From a virus (lineage: Duplodnaviria > Caudoviricetes): 64,000 nucleotides of DNA. This document shows, in pieces, positions 39,501 to 47,472 of the stretch. The first letter of the stretch is position 1. Each line of letters begins with the position of its first letter. The notes beneath the pieces were generated by a model that made no database searches, was not told the DNA's origin, and worked only from the letters and a program-made list of their open reading frames with translations. Location: the IMG/VR virus record IMGVR_UViG_3300027769_000026, positions 1 to 64,000 of that record; one strand, given 5' to 3'. The position numbers were made by a program, and so were the translations under genes.

Positions 39501-40499
39501 GTTTTCGGCACTTTGGTTTTTGCCGCCGGTATTTCTACGATATATGTCTTCGTATTTTTCTCCCGGGCGCAGCCTATATTGTGTGTCTTTTGACTTGATA
39601 CCTTTGTCTAGGTCCTTGAATGCTTTGCTTAACTTGTCAGCATCGTCTCCGGCTGCATTGACTGCTTGTCTGAATTCTTCCAAAGGTTTTTTGGCGGCAG
39701 CACCAAATGTGGCTCGTATGTCCTGTGCAATGATTTTTGCGGCGGCTTGGCGTTGTTCAGGCGTGAGCTTGCGGAGATCTTCCCTTACACTTTTGATAGA
39801 TTCGCTTGCTCTTCTGGTTGCCGGATCTAGCTTTTCGTCGTTTTTGTTGGCTCTTACCCTGTCAGCAAAGCTGTATCTTCTTGCTCTGCCCAGCGTTTTT
39901 TCTAGATCTTCGGTTTGATTTGCGTTGTATCTGGCACGGCGATTTGCGTTTTGTGACGCTGATGCAGTGCTGGCATTGCCTCTGATTCCGCTGGAAGTGT
40001 TACGATTGATAGAACTTAGCAGTGCATTGGCACGTGCTTGTTGCTGTGATAAAGACTTGAAACCTGACTCCATGGCACGAGTTAGTGTGCGATTTCCTAA
40101 GGAAATAGATGCAGGACTCATGCCGGATGAAACAGCAACTCTGTTCCTGGCAGATGTGTTTTTTGTTTCTAATTTACGTATAGCTGAAACTACTGCGCTC
40201 TGTCCCTTGGCTATGTTATTGAGTCCAACGCTTAGAGATTTTATTGCTGATGCATTTGTTTGCTGTGCTTTGACTGACTTGTCCAGGCGTCCAATAACTG
40301 CTTTTTGATTGCTCAGATCTTTTGTGGCTGTGCTCTGTTGCTTGGACAGCAGATCATTTGTCTTTTTAACAGCAGACAACAAGGCAGCATTCCTGGTGCC
40401 CATGACACTTGAAAGGCTGTTGATAGATTCTTCCGTGGCCCATTTTGGCCAAGCGGCAATCTTGCTAGCGAGTTGATCCGGATCCGGTGGTAATGCCAT
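36573..40499 (-). CDS. tape-measure-like protein (1308 aa) with a Pro/Gly/Thr-rich segment
   Basis: Long Ala/Gly-rich helical protein with hydrophobic stretches, divergently adjacent to the gp26-like gene; late promoter upstream. Confidence 0.7.
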   Translation of the reverse strand: MALPPDPDQLASKIAAWPKWATEESINSLSSVMGTRNAALLSAVKKTNDLLSKQQSTATKDLSNQKAVIGRLDKSVKAQQTNASAIKSLSVGLNNIAKGQSAVVSAIRKLETKNTSARNRVAVSSGMSPASISLGNRTLTRAMESGFKSLSQQQARANALLSSINRNTSSGIRGNASTASASQNANRRARYNANQTEDLEKTLGRARRYSFADRVRANKNDEKLDPATRRASESIKSVREDLRKLTPEQRQAAAKIIAQDIRATFGAAAKKPLEEFRQAVNAAGDDADKLSKAFKDLDKGIKSKDTQYRLRPGEKYEDIYRRNTGGKNQSAENIKRIIGGDVKGGVMGMLEGMFAGVAGRLMSILGPLAPLVTAFSASLGLAAAAAVRLYEVWQQGAQTTIKAFGSGLGGLATTALSFAISAKTAGLTLEQFNKAVADAGNMAGMLDENIRNSGQRFADGAKQYLDSAKKANFYGQNIEQLMASYSRSVMMVGQAGLTGAEAQRTAQRMAEDQARELYRLAQTTGKSVDELNSAFDQLYRNDMFRAAQQRMLAAGERKAAQELETFGKTLAAIGGQFAGQITNELEYAALGGFDPTVIGGAFAKLQTLSSDLGRIMQSEEYRNETDPAKQAAMLQPAAATALQNLKGSPLAVMAATGDADARGLIDFIRRAAATRTPDQVAQLGNAPTGAGADAAGAYIESQRKLQQVQGDLLRAVEPLMPAFTSLQNAINATVDKFLGLSNTTKNLIYGMVAALALLAPFLALRGIGGAMRGGAGGAGGIFGGRGPGPGPTVPPTGPNPTPSPGGAPGTAATGAAGAAANRPSTPPTGTPPTGTPPTGTPPTGTPGATRPSTILGPDGRPLQVPTSPAPATVPGAVTPPPGTPAPGASPAPNPAAGTASNMSGVASAVKAGARQVRGGGIIGSLFGVVLNEFTSVSDLQNMRRQVIDKYTKGELSRGDAEKALRELDDKIAESRGGSLTRGAVAGAGGAVGGLAGGIAGLGVASAPVGIAGAIGGSMIADKFLGGAAESAGGWISRQFFGASNRGINRELNAIQPTPAPGGAQPGTMTERRNELRVAGKVVEEGKALTSDQMAALDMALQMDPRNARNYPAWLMEQYNRQKSQGAVSSVTPGAVGAVAATGALNRPPENAARSRSAGTSTNTDNDITETSTDEREIYNALMSRSSFPDDIGVQNEAREEARMQAEANRRRAGSTRGNVQTPNSSTGIGSVTAGALGTVATASDGSQQSSAQTAQATRAEQTQSDIRTLAEQQAQTNQILTAILGRQDQVAGDSRRTVDVLENLNNKT
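37962..38029. repeat. perfect 15-bp tandem repeat x4 plus a partial copy (PPTGT)
   Basis: AGGTGTACCTGTTGG at 37962, 37977, 37992 and 38007. Confidence 0.95.
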
Positions 40500-40523
40500 G
40501 TAGAGTCATCCAATGTTGTCTGT

Positions 40524-40529
40524 TATTTA
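40524..40529 (-). promoter_or_regulatory. late promoter TAAATA
   Basis: GGTAAATA upstream of the tape-measure-like gene. Confidence 0.7.
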
Positions 40530-40582
40530 CCGAAAAGAAAAAGTGGTATTTGAACGAGCAAATACCCCCATTATAACCCAGC

Positions 40583-40588
40583 TAAATA
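40583..40588 (+). promoter_or_regulatory. late promoter TAAATA
   Basis: GCTAAATA upstream of the gp26-like gene (SD GGAGG). Confidence 0.7.
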
Positions 40589-40610
40589 AAAGCAATCGGA
40601 GGATCAACAC

Positions 40611-41459
40611 ATGACACAAGCTAACAATCCGTTAGGACAGTATTTTAGAAAGCCAGGACTCAATGTGGCATTGCCCAGCGGAGGAAAGTTCTACAAGACA
40701 CCGCCCAAGATAACTGTTGACGGTGAGATTGCGGTATATCCAATGACTGCAAAAGACGAACTGCTGGTAAAAAATGCAGACTCTTTGCTGAACGGAGATG
40801 CTATTGTTCAATTGATCAAGAGCTGTGTGCCTGACATTGCGGACCCACAAGAAATGCCCAATCCAGACGTGGATGCTGTACTGCTGGCCATACGCAAAGC
40901 CACATATGGTGAAAAGATGGAAATAACTGCCAGTTGTCCATGCAACGAATGGTCAGGCACTTACTCCATTGGAGTGGACAATCTTTTGATGAGGATCAAA
41001 GGCATTGACCCTGTGAATGAAGTTGAATTGTCAAACGAACTGCTGGTAAGATTGGCTCCCAGCACCTTGGCTGACCAAAATCGACTGGGCATGATACAGT
41101 TTGAAAACGTGCGCAAGCTACAAACTGTGATGGATTCCGAAGACGAAGAACTTAAACTGCGTGTAAGCAACGAAGTAACTGGTCGCAACATTGAGCTGGC
41201 ACAAGAAATCATATCAAAGGTCATCATAGCAGTGATCACACCAGATGGTAATGAAATCAATGATCGCAAGTTCATCAGTGAGTGGTTGGGTCAGCTGGAA
41301 ACCACAGAGTTCAAGAAAATCGAAGACAAGATCAGACTGATCAATCAAAGTGGCGCAGAAACAAAGGTTGAAGTTGGCTGTGGCAAAGAAGGATGTGATC
41401 GCAAGTTTGAAATTGAATTCACACTGGACCCAGTAAGTTTTTTCGCACAAGGCTCCTGA
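40611..41459 (+). CDS. gp26: baseplate hub assembly protein (gp26-like)
   Basis: NPLGQYFRKPG..V.LPSGGKFY, VYPMTAKDELL, LLNGDA, DVDAVLLAIRKATYG, C-terminal CxxxxC and DPVSFF. Confidence 0.85.
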   Translation: MTQANNPLGQYFRKPGLNVALPSGGKFYKTPPKITVDGEIAVYPMTAKDELLVKNADSLLNGDAIVQLIKSCVPDIADPQEMPNPDVDAVLLAIRKATYGEKMEITASCPCNEWSGTYSIGVDNLLMRIKGIDPVNEVELSNELLVRLAPSTLADQNRLGMIQFENVRKLQTVMDSEDEELKLRVSNEVTGRNIELAQEIISKVIIAVITPDGNEINDRKFISEWLGQLETTEFKKIEDKIRLINQSGAETKVEVGCGKEGCDRKFEIEFTLDPVSFFAQGS

Positions 41460-41480
41460 GCACCACCGACAATGCTCAGG
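41438..41480 (+). promoter_or_regulatory. candidate -1 programmed ribosomal frameshift site
   Basis: T TTT TTC heptamer in X XXY YYZ phase (41438-41444); perfect 8-bp stem CCTGAGCA/TGCTCAGG (41455-41480); the -1 frame is open into 41480..41689. Confidence 0.7.
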
Positions 41481-41689
41481 TGATGAAGTACGTTGACGAA
41501 TATCGCACTGAAGCCAGGAGCCTGATAAAAGATGTACAACAACTAGCAGTGTACAGTGGGCTCAGTTACAACGAAGTGATCAACATGAGCCTGGAAGAAA
41601 GACAAGTCCTGTCAGAAGTCATCAAAGACAAACTAGACCTAGACATGAAGCTAGCTGGTATCAAGACCAAAAAAGAAACATACATGTAA
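41480..41689 (+). CDS. gp51-like baseplate/tail chaperone; probably the -1 frameshift extension of the gp26-like gene
   Basis: GLSYNEVINMSLEERQVL motif; no SD before GTG 41480; the frame is open from the slippery site. Confidence 0.7.
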   Translation: MMKYVDEYRTEARSLIKDVQQLAVYSGLSYNEVINMSLEERQVLSEVIKDKLDLDMKLAGIKTKKETYM

Positions 41690-41699
41690 GTCAGAGCTT

Positions 41700-42269
41700 G
41701 CCTTATATTTCAAGTATCCTCTAACACTTGGCTGCTGTCGCAGCCTTCATTTCACATTCACATCGCTATCGCTCGTGATATGTTCATGAATCATTTTTAT
41801 TTTTTAGATTCTAAGATTTATTTTGTTTACTAGTGAAACAAGATGATATTTTCTCTGAGGTTCCAGCCACACTTCGCCCTGTTAAGGGCAAAGTGAAAAG
41901 CTGGACTAAGGACTTTCTCCAGAGTACCATACCACATCTATCAGAAACAACCCAGAGGGCAAAGGCGGTCATGCTGTACCTTTTTACGTCTATCTTCTTT
42001 AATGACGCTGACTAATCCAAGACACCCGATAGAATCGTCTTGGGATCATGCAAGTTATAATTGTCAATAGAGCTTGCTCATTTTGGTCTTACCATTCTCA
42101 CACCAAGCCAGTTTCATACCGTTTGACTCGCGTCCTGTAAAGGATAGTGGTGCTGAGTCTGTGCTACCGCGCACAATTTCCGTCCCTGCGATACGTGTGT
42201 CCAGGTCTAGGGCAACTAGTTATGCGGCCGTTGCGCAGCCTATCGGTAGTGTTGAGCCTGTGGGGAGTT
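41700..42269 (-). ncRNA. putative large structured non-coding RNA (alternatively a replication-origin region)
   Basis: About 570 nt with no credible CDS in an otherwise densely coding genome; several hairpins, two of which need G-U pairs available only on the minus strand. Boundaries are approximate. Confidence 0.5.
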
Positions 42270-42788
42270 TTAAGGGATAGAAAGGGTTTTAACTGCGTCT
42301 TTGTTCAATTGCCAAAAGTCGTCAAAGCCTGTAAATGCCCATGGTCCGTGTGTTACGCTGTCGTAACGGACATGCCTATGTGTTGTAAATGTAGGGAAGT
42401 GCTTGTACTCAAACGCAATGAAGCTGCCTTTTCTGTTGAACTTCATGATAACAATGTTAAGGTCATTGTCATCGGCAGCCTCAATGGTCTGGTCTATCCA
42501 GTTGTCTAAGAGTGTTATCTTACCTGACGCGAAAAGCTGGTGGAACGGAAACTCGGCATAGCTTTTGCATTCTATGTTGAGATGCTTCCAGTCACTTGGG
42601 GGAGTGATGTCGCCCTTCATTGAGCGTATCTGCCCTTCGTGCAAGAATTCTTTGCGAACAGCATTTTTGCCACCCACGTATGCACCGCTGGATGGAACAC
42701 GTATGAACGATGCTCCATACAGTTCGGACAAGAAATTTGCGACATCTCTTTCCCAGGACTTACCTTTGTTTTTGCTTTTCGACGCCAT
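42270..42788 (-). CDS. Holliday junction resolvase-like PD-(D/E)XK nuclease
   Basis: SKNKGKSWERDVANFL, RVPSSGA, GDI, IECKSY. Confidence 0.85.
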   Translation of the reverse strand: MASKSKNKGKSWERDVANFLSELYGASFIRVPSSGAYVGGKNAVRKEFLHEGQIRSMKGDITPPSDWKHLNIECKSYAEFPFHQLFASGKITLLDNWIDQTIEAADDNDLNIVIMKFNRKGSFIAFEYKHFPTFTTHRHVRYDSVTHGPWAFTGFDDFWQLNKDAVKTLSIP

Positions 42789-42820
42789 GTGTACTTTGAT
42801 TTATGCCATGAACCTGTTTA

Positions 42821-43027
42821 TCAGGCCTTCTTATCGGTCATAGCAGTTTTCTCTACCATGATTTCCTTGCGGCGCTCACCAGCTGCCTTGCGGATGTCGC
42901 CTAGCGCCTTACGTGCGCGACTTGCAGCCGCCTTGACGCCCTTGCCAGTGAACTTAGCGTTCTCGTCGAGATACGTTTGAAATGCTTCTGCAATAATGTC
43001 GTGATTGCTTTTTGTTTGTTCGGTCAT
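42821..43027 (-). CDS. histone H1-like (Hc1-family-like) DNA-binding protein
   Basis: KFTGKGVKAAASRARKALGDIRKAAGERRKEI. Start at ATG 43027 with GGAGG 7 nt upstream. Confidence 0.7.
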   Translation of the reverse strand: MTEQTKSNHDIIAEAFQTYLDENAKFTGKGVKAAASRARKALGDIRKAAGERRKEIMVEKTAMTDKKA

Positions 43028-43029
43028 TT

Positions 43030-44805
43030 TCATGCCTCCACCATATCCACATCCGTCGAGAACGTGGTAAATCCGTTTTCTTTGACAACCTGCAAACTGT
43101 TGTTCACACGTGTTATCAATTCATCTCTATGAGATATCAAGAAAACATTCTTCTTTGATTCTCTGCTGAACTTCTTGAGCACGGCCAGTGCGGCGTCTAC
43201 GCCAACTGGATCCATACCTGAATCTACAAGCTCGTCGATGAACAGCAAATTACAAGGAAAATTCAAACTCTCAAACACGTCTCTGAAACTCCAACTCAAT
43301 CCAAGAATGAGTCGGTTACGTTCTCCTCGGCTGAGGTTATCAAAGTCAAATTCTTGTCCTAGCATCTTGATACCAACAGTAAGGTCGCTTTGGAAATTGA
43401 CCTCATGTGGCAACTGTAGCAATGTAAGATAGTGATTCAACCTGTGATTCAAATAGCTCAAGTTCTGCTCAATAATGCGACGTCGCACAAATGAGTCCTT
43501 GTTAGTAAGCAATTTATACAAGAACTCTTGGTGTTCAAGTTTCTTGTTAAGAACGTTGATTGGGTTCCAGTCAACTTCTGCTAGTGCTTTGTTGCGCAAT
43601 GTTTCAATCTGATCCTGATATGGATCCGTGTCCGCATCACGCTGTACCAATTGCGATTTTAGGTTTTCCAAGCTACTTTTGTGGTTCACAGCATCATTTA
43701 TGTCGGTGTACCGAACATGTGGTGCTGTGCCCAAAACACCAGATTCTTCAATCTTTGTTTTGGCCTCCTGCTCCAGCGCATGTTCACGCTCTAGATCATC
43801 TGCCACGCTCATCATTGCAGATTCCAGCTCGGAGATCATGGATGTTTGTTGGTCATCATGCAAGCCCTGTCCGCAAGCATGACACTTGTGATCTTTTGCT
43901 TTATCGCATGCGCCAGTTAACTCTACCAACTGCCCGCTCAGACGCTTTACTGCGGCCTGTGCATTTGCCAAGTCCTTGGTGTAACGCTTGATCTTTTGCT
44001 CTTTTTCTTTCCATGCAGTCAGTGCTGAATGGTTTGCAAGTTCTTGGTCAATGTCAATGGTTTCAAGTTCGTTGATCGAAGCAACCAGCTTAACCATGTC
44101 TTCATCTTTTTTCTTGACCCAGATGCGACTGCGACGTTCAATGTCCTCAATTGATGCTTGGATCTTGGCATTGGTTTCTTGCAGTGCCCTGATTCGGAAT
44201 TCTTCTTCTTTGATGCCATCTCTAGTGTGGCGCATGGCTTCTTTGAGTAGCTCTGCTTTTTCACTCAGCAGTGTGATACCAAGAAGCTCTTCAATGATCT
44301 CTTTTTGATCATTGTTCTTCATGCTAAGGAAAGGTTCGTTGTAGGTGTTCAGCGCCAGGATGTGTTTGAACATTTCGTGGCTCATGCCCAGGATGCGCTC
44401 TACTGCTTCCTGGGTAAGTTTGTTTTCGCCCTGTCCTTCGTTTGTGCCTGCTTCGTTTACTTCGTCATCGTCAACTGCGAAACGAAATATGTTGGGCTTG
44501 CGTCCACGTTCAATGCGATAGGTGTGGCCATTCTTTTCAAACTCCACAGTGACCAGCATGTTCTTGTCGTTGGTCTTGTTGATAAGATTGTCTTTGCGGA
44601 TGTTGCTGAGCGCATTGCCATATAGCGCATAGCTGAGTGCATTGACGATTGTGGTCTTGCCCACACCGTTACGTGCGCCTTCACCACCCATGTCCATGTT
44701 AAGGCCAATGACTAGGGTGAGGCCATGCTGGTCTAGATTTACCGCTTGGGTAACATTACCAACAGACAGGAAGTTCTTTACTGTGAGATTTTTAATTGTC
44801 AGCAT
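43030..44805 (-). CDS. gp46: recombination exonuclease subunit, SbcC/Rad50-like (gp46)
   Basis: Walker A NGVGKTT, coiled coil with CHACG zinc hook, signature LSRGER, Walker B LLFIDE. Start at ATG 44805. Confidence 0.96.
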   Translation of the reverse strand: MLTIKNLTVKNFLSVGNVTQAVNLDQHGLTLVIGLNMDMGGEGARNGVGKTTIVNALSYALYGNALSNIRKDNLINKTNDKNMLVTVEFEKNGHTYRIERGRKPNIFRFAVDDDEVNEAGTNEGQGENKLTQEAVERILGMSHEMFKHILALNTYNEPFLSMKNNDQKEIIEELLGITLLSEKAELLKEAMRHTRDGIKEEEFRIRALQETNAKIQASIEDIERRSRIWVKKKDEDMVKLVASINELETIDIDQELANHSALTAWKEKEQKIKRYTKDLANAQAAVKRLSGQLVELTGACDKAKDHKCHACGQGLHDDQQTSMISELESAMMSVADDLEREHALEQEAKTKIEESGVLGTAPHVRYTDINDAVNHKSSLENLKSQLVQRDADTDPYQDQIETLRNKALAEVDWNPINVLNKKLEHQEFLYKLLTNKDSFVRRRIIEQNLSYLNHRLNHYLTLLQLPHEVNFQSDLTVGIKMLGQEFDFDNLSRGERNRLILGLSWSFRDVFESLNFPCNLLFIDELVDSGMDPVGVDAALAVLKKFSRESKKNVFLISHRDELITRVNNSLQVVKENGFTTFSTDVDMVEA

Positions 44806-44818
44806 TGATTGTCCTGCA

Positions 44819-45841
44819 TTATACTGTAAGACCGTTGTAGATGTCAACCAACATCTTCTTGTCGATCACATCCGAGTCAATGGCATTTAATTGCGTCATG
44901 ACGATTTGATCAACGCTTTCAAATTTCACATCCTCAGCAGTCCATTCTTTGGCATGCTCTTCTTTCTTTGCAGGAATCAGTGTAAGATCTCTGCAACCGT
45001 ATTCTTCCATGAATGTTTTCTTAAGGAACTGTGCTTCTTCGTAGCTGATATCAATGTCAATGCTGATACGAGCAAAGGTGTTTTTGTCAAGCACCTTGGC
45101 CGGATCATCAACTACATTTCCTAGTGTAAGAATGCGAAACTTGGGTGCATCTGGCCAGCTCTTGTACTCTGGCTTGCCACCCCAGTCCAGCAACATCATG
45201 CCGCGCTCATCATCCCAAGCATCAGCAAAGTTGTGCGGGAATGGATTGCCCATGTACACAACATTGCCTTTTTGCTGACGCTTGTGGAAATGTCCAGAGA
45301 ACACAAGTTCTTGGTTTGGAAAATGTCCTGCATTGAGTCCGCCGTGATCAGGCATTTCAACCATGGCATTCATCTTGAAGCTGGGCAACTCAAAATGTCC
45401 AAAAACATATCGGCTGTCCAGCTTCTTCATGTTGGTCCATTCTTCTCCAACCAACCACGGAACAATGGCAACGTCTCCTTCGATTATTGTTTCATTGACC
45501 ATGGTGATGTTGGGCAAGTATTTGCCAAATGGCAAGCTGTGGATCTCGCGCTTTTCTCTATAGAACAAGTCATGATTGCCAGTGATAAAGAACACACGAT
45601 CAAAACTCTTGCTGAGATACTCAAGGTTACTCACTGTGTAGTTCAGTGTACTCACATTGACTGTTGATCTATTGTTGTGCCAGTCACCAAGAAAAATACA
45701 AGTCTCAGCACCGGCTGCTTGTGCTTCCTTTACAAACCATTTGACAAACGCTTCGCAGTCGTCGTTGTGTGTGCGACTGTTACTGCGCATACCAAAGTGA
45801 ATGTCCGTGAAGCAAGCTGCCTTCTTGAATAATTGACCCAT
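44819..45841 (-). CDS. gp47: recombination endonuclease subunit, SbcD/Mre11-like (gp47)
   Basis: Phosphoesterase motifs TDIHFG, LGDWH, GNHD, GHFE, SGHFH. Confidence 0.96.
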   Translation of the reverse strand: MGQLFKKAACFTDIHFGMRSNSRTHNDDCEAFVKWFVKEAQAAGAETCIFLGDWHNNRSTVNVSTLNYTVSNLEYLSKSFDRVFFITGNHDLFYREKREIHSLPFGKYLPNITMVNETIIEGDVAIVPWLVGEEWTNMKKLDSRYVFGHFELPSFKMNAMVEMPDHGGLNAGHFPNQELVFSGHFHKRQQKGNVVYMGNPFPHNFADAWDDERGMMLLDWGGKPEYKSWPDAPKFRILTLGNVVDDPAKVLDKNTFARISIDIDISYEEAQFLKKTFMEEYGCRDLTLIPAKKEEHAKEWTAEDVKFESVDQIVMTQLNAIDSDVIDKKMLVDIYNGLTV

Positions 45842-45851
45842 TGTGTTCCTG

Positions 45852-46043
45852 TTAGTGAAGTGTTTCTAGTGTCTTTAGACACCGCGAGATTTCATCCTTG
45901 ATATACAGTTTCTTCTTTTTCAGTTCATGCGCATGTGGAGTATCGTTTAGATGTTGTTTTTCTAACACAAGCAACTCGTTTTCTAGTTTCTTGTGTGCAT
46001 CTTTAAGATGCTTAATATGATGCTTCAAACTTTCTTGATGCAA
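45852..46043 (-). CDS. DUF465/YdcH-like small coiled-coil protein
   Basis: HLKDAHKKLENEL...LKKKKLYIKDEI; TTG start with SD AAGGAG. Confidence 0.7.
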   Translation of the reverse strand: MHQESLKHHIKHLKDAHKKLENELLVLEKQHLNDTPHAHELKKKKLYIKDEISRCLKTLETLH

Positions 46044-46057
46044 GATATACTCCTTTA

Positions 46058-46474
46058 TTAAAGATCGCCTTCTTTGCGATGTTCGCTGCCAGCAACATTG
46101 AACACATCGCCGTAACGTGCTTCTAGCTTGGCAATGTTTTCGTAAATCACTTCGTCTGGATTAAGGCCCAGTGCACGACATGCATTGACCCAGTACCACA
46201 TAATGTCGCCCAGTTCGCGCTTGAGGTGATGCACAACATCGTGCGTAAAAGGTTTGCCTTGGAAGAAAATCTTCTTGGCAATTTCTTGGAACTCTCCGCC
46301 TTCGCTACCAATTCCCATAGCCGCGGTAAGAAACAGCGGAACATTGAGATCTGGCGCACCTTCGGCAGAAGTCTGTTCTTCTAGTTCTCTACAACGACCA
46401 ATAAAGTCATGTAGGTTATTGCTTTGTGGGCTAGTGATGCGCTCAACAAAGTCCTTGTAGTGTTGCATGTCCAT
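46058..46474 (-). CDS. mazG: MazG-like NTP pyrophosphohydrolase
   Basis: GIGSEGGEFQEIAKK...ELGDIMWY...NIAKLEARY. Start at ATG 46474. Confidence 0.88.
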   Translation of the reverse strand: MDMQHYKDFVERITSPQSNNLHDFIGRCRELEEQTSAEGAPDLNVPLFLTAAMGIGSEGGEFQEIAKKIFFQGKPFTHDVVHHLKRELGDIMWYWVNACRALGLNPDEVIYENIAKLEARYGDVFNVAGSEHRKEGDL

Positions 46475-46475
46475 A

Positions 46476-47384
46476 TTATACTTCTTCCTCATCTTTTGCA
46501 CCTTCGCTCAAGGCAGCATTGCGCTCTCTTGTGGCTACTTGTTGTGCTTGATATTCCAACTGACGTGACCAGCTTGGCATCTGTCCTGCATCTTGCAAGA
46601 GATCGTCTCTGATATTTTGATTTTTCTTTTCCATGTTGAGCACACGGGTAAAGCTGTTGGTAATTGCCGCGGTGTAGTAAGCAAATGGGTTGGAACTTTT
46701 GCTTTCATCAAATTGCAATCCAATTTGGCTGAGCTGTAGCAGGGCCTGACCTCTCATTTCTTCTACGTATGTATACCCGCGCCAGTTTGACCTCATGCTG
46801 TATCGTTCGCACAGCTTGATATACATCCTGGCAAGATTATCAACCACTTTGCCATGACCAACGCTGAACTGTCCTTTTTTGAGATCGCCTTTCCAGTGAC
46901 TTCGAGCAACCTCAATCCATTCGTCCTCAATCTTGATCCAGTGTTTGAATGGCGGAAAATTTACTTTAGAGTGCAGGTCAGCTGTGATCTTGGGCTTGTT
47001 TTTCCTACCAGGTTCAACAGGAATATGATCAAAGCTGGATGTGCGTATCACCAGTTCTTCTACGGGTATTTTCTTGGCGTCAGGCAAAAACTGATCCAGT
47101 TTTGGCTTTAGCCCTTTTTGCCCAGTTTCGCGCCATTCTCGATCTGCTATTTCCAGTGCTTGCGCCGCTTGCCTATTGGCACGATTCTCTCTCGCTGTGG
47201 TGATTGCTCCCTTAGGAAAAGCCACATTTTTGCGATTATGGAACTTGGCAAGATCATCAATAATCAAATCATAGTAATAGTACTCTGGACTTTTTACCCA
47301 GCAATAAGTCATCTTGCTGTGGTGGATTTCTTTCAACAGATCTTTGTTTGATAGATATATTGTTTTTGTGGGTGAAGTTGTCAT
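46476..47384 (-). CDS. gp55: late-transcription sigma factor (gp55-like)
   Basis: YLSNKDLLKEI; NWRGYTYVEEMRGQALLQL...FDESKSSNPFAYYTAAITNSF...EKKNQNIRD. Confidence 0.9.
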   Translation of the reverse strand: MTTSPTKTIYLSNKDLLKEIHHSKMTYCWVKSPEYYYYDLIIDDLAKFHNRKNVAFPKGAITTARENRANRQAAQALEIADREWRETGQKGLKPKLDQFLPDAKKIPVEELVIRTSSFDHIPVEPGRKNKPKITADLHSKVNFPPFKHWIKIEDEWIEVARSHWKGDLKKGQFSVGHGKVVDNLARMYIKLCERYSMRSNWRGYTYVEEMRGQALLQLSQIGLQFDESKSSNPFAYYTAAITNSFTRVLNMEKKNQNIRDDLLQDAGQMPSWSRQLEYQAQQVATRERNAALSEGAKDEEEV

Positions 47385-47391
47385 GTATAAC

Positions 47392-47420
47392 AGTATACTT
47401 TTTTAGTTAGTGGATGTCAA
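47392..47420 (-). promoter_or_regulatory. sigma70-type early promoter for gp55 (TTGACA-17-TATACT), probably leaderless
   Basis: Minus strand reads AGAGG TTGACA tccactaactaaaaaag TATACT gttatac ATG. Confidence 0.8.
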
Positions 47421-47466
47421 CCTCTTTAAGATACCAAATGCAATAAAGCTGGGTTTTTCAAAGCAC

Positions 47467-47472
47467 TAAATA
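47467..47472 (+). promoter_or_regulatory. late promoter TAAATA (leaderless spacing)
   Basis: ACTAAATA gtttatc ATG. Confidence 0.7.

Noticed and set aside
42054-42067. TTGACA next to TATAAC on the minus strand
   Set aside because: The two hexamers are only 2 nt apart, so they do not form a sigma70 promoter.
41910-42095. RNase P-like words on the minus strand (GGAGAAAGUCC and GGUAAGACC...GAGCAAG)
   Set aside because: They occur in the reverse of the RNase P order and I see no P4 partner strand; only a covariance-model search could rescue this.
42121-42165. Group I intron P7-like AGACU/AGUC pairing
   Set aside because: No convincing P3 or J8/7 consensus and no interrupted host gene.
41833-42509. 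Short plus-strand ORFs (41833..42015, 42074..42280, 42147..42509) in the large intergenic region
   Set aside because: No SD or late promoter, GTG/TTG-type starts, unremarkable peptides, and overlap with each other or the resolvase; inverted repeats explain the region better.
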